NCBI GenBank assembly: GCA_054661495.1
Contig: BAAFSQ010000439.1
Coordinates: forward strand, 1 to 6,410
DNA: 6,410 nucleotides
Direction: 5' to 3'
DNA from: Zygophlyctis sp. KS116
Lineage: Eukaryota > Fungi > Chytridiomycota
The position numbers and the translations under genes were made by a program. Positions 4,675 to 6,410 of this stretch are shown here, in pieces (within the stretch, counting starts at the first letter, position 1; every line of letters starts with the position of its first letter). Under the pieces are notes generated by a model. It saw nothing but the letters and a program-made list of their open reading frames with translations. It did not search any database and was not told where the DNA came from.

Positions 4675-6410
4675 TTAATCCTGTGTGGATTGGTCAATTT
4701 CAATTTCAAAGTCTTGCAATTCCAAACCAGCATTAAAAGTATAAAATTCAGCAGTTATATCATCCATCTTGGATTGATCAATGACAACTTCAAAGTCTTG
4801 GTCAAAATCTTTATCAATAAATGGCTTTGCAGAAAGTGCTTTTGAATATTCAAGACTAAGAATCACGCCAACTAGTGCACCAGCAACAATTATGGCAAAA
4901 GAAATTCCACTTGCTTTGGAATTTTCATTTTTAGAATGCTGTTTTCTAAAATGATCATTGTTGGTTTGAATAGATTTGGGATCTTCTTTTAAAGAGTCCA
5001 AGTAATCAATCTTTTTTGTATTACTGTAATCATTTCCATCATCAATATTATTAGGATGAATGGTTGAATCAGAATTCTTATTCATAACTGAAATATCACT
5101 CAAATCAGAGTGAGAAAGATTATCGCCGTTTTCATGAGGATTTTGAAGAGGTTGATGATCTCCAGGATTCAGATTATCAAAAGAATTAATACCATTCATG
5201 CTGATATTATTATCTTCAATAGGGGTGTTTTCTCCATTATGGTTTCCAAATCTTGTGCTCCTGTTATTATCTGAATCTGGATTGGTATTTGCAGCGCCAT
5301 TTTCATCAGTACCAAGACTTTGGGCATCGTTACCATTTAAATTAGAATCGGTTTCTTCGCCTCTTCCCAAATTCAAATTTGGTCTGACGGGTATCCAGGG
5401 ATCATTTCCAAGATTAACTTCAGTCCTGGGACTATTAGGAATTCTAGTAGATGGGCTGTTTTGTGTAAAGTCTCCATTAATTGGTCTATTTATTCCATCC
5501 AAGTTAGTTTGTAGATTCCCACTACCATGAGACATATCACCAAAGCTAAAATGCTGATCAACCAAATTCTGACCCAATGTTGATCCAATGTCTAAAAAGT
5601 CTTGTTCAAGCGAAGCAATTACATCCAAAAACTTTTGATGCTTATTAGAGCCTAATGAAGAAGACTGCTGGATTTGTTCACCAATTTCGCTAGCAGGTAA
5701 AGAACCAGAGTGAACAATCTTGTCTTCAATTGTAAACTCTCCAGGCAATGAAACACTTTCAGAGTCACCCAAAGGAATTTTTAAAGCTATTTATCATTGA
5801 GTATTTTTGAATTTACCTTTATTTGAACTAATTTCATTTTTAACATTATTTCTAGATGTTTGTCCTGTTGTGGAATCAGAAACTTCATTGGTTTCTTTTG
5901 GAAAACTGCCTTCTTTAGATTTTTTAATAACCTCTAATGGTTCAGCTTTTGATTTTCGTAATTCATGAGCGCCCCTTGCTTTCCTCTTTTTTGAAGACTT
6001 TTTTGGCGATACATATTGAGTTTCTTCCTTGTTTAAATCCGTCTTTGGTGATTCTACAACTTTTGATTTTGAAGAATTCTTCTTTGGCTTATCCTTATCA
6101 TCGACAGTCTTAAACTTATCCTTATCATTGACAGTATTAAGCTTATCCTTTTCACGACCAAAAAACAAATTATCAAAATCTACCCAAAATCCATCATTTT
6201 CCAAATCTTGCAAAGAGTTCACATCATCCATATAATACTGACCTGAATTAACAAAAGAGTCATCATCCCAAAAAGAATCTTCTTCATCACTTACAGGATC
6301 TAGTAAAGGTAAATCAAATTCATCCTGTAAATTCCCTATTTGAGCCTTTGGAGAATTCTTTATTTTACCAGAAATATCATATTTACTAATTTCGCCATCA
6401 TCTTGAAAAT
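4675..6410 (-). CDS. Largely disordered single-pass membrane protein, 5'-partial (at least 567 aa); exons >6410-5817 and 5786-4675
   Basis: The frame is open from the window edge (FQDDGEISKY...GQYYMDDVNS...). Intron 5787-5816 joins ORF 5794-6231 to ORF 4675-5772 (...SSNKA-LKIPLGDSES...). N/D/S/K-rich low-complexity body, one hydrophobic helix ISFAIIVAGALVGVILSL (4852-4905) and an acidic C-terminal tail of about 58 aa. Confidence 0.85.
4687..4800 (-). repeat. Dispersed 30-nt direct repeat (4771-4800 and 4687-4716) encoding QDFEVVIDQS and QDFEIEIDQS
   Basis: Minus strand caagactttgaagttgtcattgatcaatcc versus caagactttgaaattgaaattgaccaatcc; 26 of 30 identical, 84 nt apart. Confidence 0.85.
5787..5816 (-). 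other. Spliceosomal intron, 30 nt, phase 1
   Basis: Minus strand reads AAAG|GTAAATTCAAAAATACTCAATGATAAATAG|CT. Contains in-frame TGA and TAA. Removal restores one continuous frame. Confidence 0.88.
6088..6150. repeat. 27-nt tandem repeat, 2.3 copies (DKLNTVNDK / DKFKTVDDK / DK on minus strand)
   Basis: cttatccttatcatcgacagtcttaaa / cttatccttatcattgacagtattaag / cttatcctt; 24 of 27 positions identical between full copies. Confidence 0.9.

Noticed and set aside
4510-4845. 111-aa plus-strand ORF
   Set aside because: TTG start, overlaps gene 5 out of frame and gene 6 antisense; no supporting motif.
5198-5530. 110-aa hydrophobic plus-strand ORF
   Set aside because: Codon-aligned antisense mirror of the N/D-rich region of gene 6, which explains its hydrophobicity.
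6029-6235. 68-aa plus-strand ORF
   Set aside because: Antisense mirror of the K/D-rich repeat region of gene 6.
1-6410. Prokaryotic or phage operon, CRISPR array, transposon, tRNA or rRNA
   Set aside because: Spliceosomal introns and a histone chaperone indicate a eukaryote. The repeats are short in-frame coding duplications without spacers. No transposase, terminal repeats or RNA gene signature was seen.

Overview
AT-rich, very gene-dense eukaryotic DNA. It is most likely from an early-diverging (chytrid-like) fungus, inferred from the fungal-type Rtt106 gene, the standard genetic code and the spliceosomal introns. The 13 ORF-track entries reduce to six genes once three tiny GT-AG introns (24, 24 and 30 nt) are removed: (1) an Rtt106-like histone chaperone (+, 98-1405); (2) an unknown 235-aa protein (-, 1415-2146); (3) a long coiled-coil protein (+, 2175-3365); (4) an intronless, bacterial-type persulfide dioxygenase / MBL-fold hydrolase (+, 3370-4251); (5) a stand-alone DUF4460/TCAIM-N-like HPD protein (+, 4322-4645); (6) a disordered single-pass membrane protein that runs off the right edge (-, 4675->6410). 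The spacers between CDSs are only 9, 28, 4, 70 and 29 nt, so about 95% of the window is coding and promoters and UTRs must overlap neighbouring CDSs. No mobile element, RNA gene or CRISPR array is supported. I found no clear multi-gene novel system. The best leads are the minimal-intron, overlapping-transcription architecture, a possible horizontally acquired sulfur dioxygenase, RFX X-box-like sites, and a histone-mimic plus SIM tail on the Rtt106-like protein.
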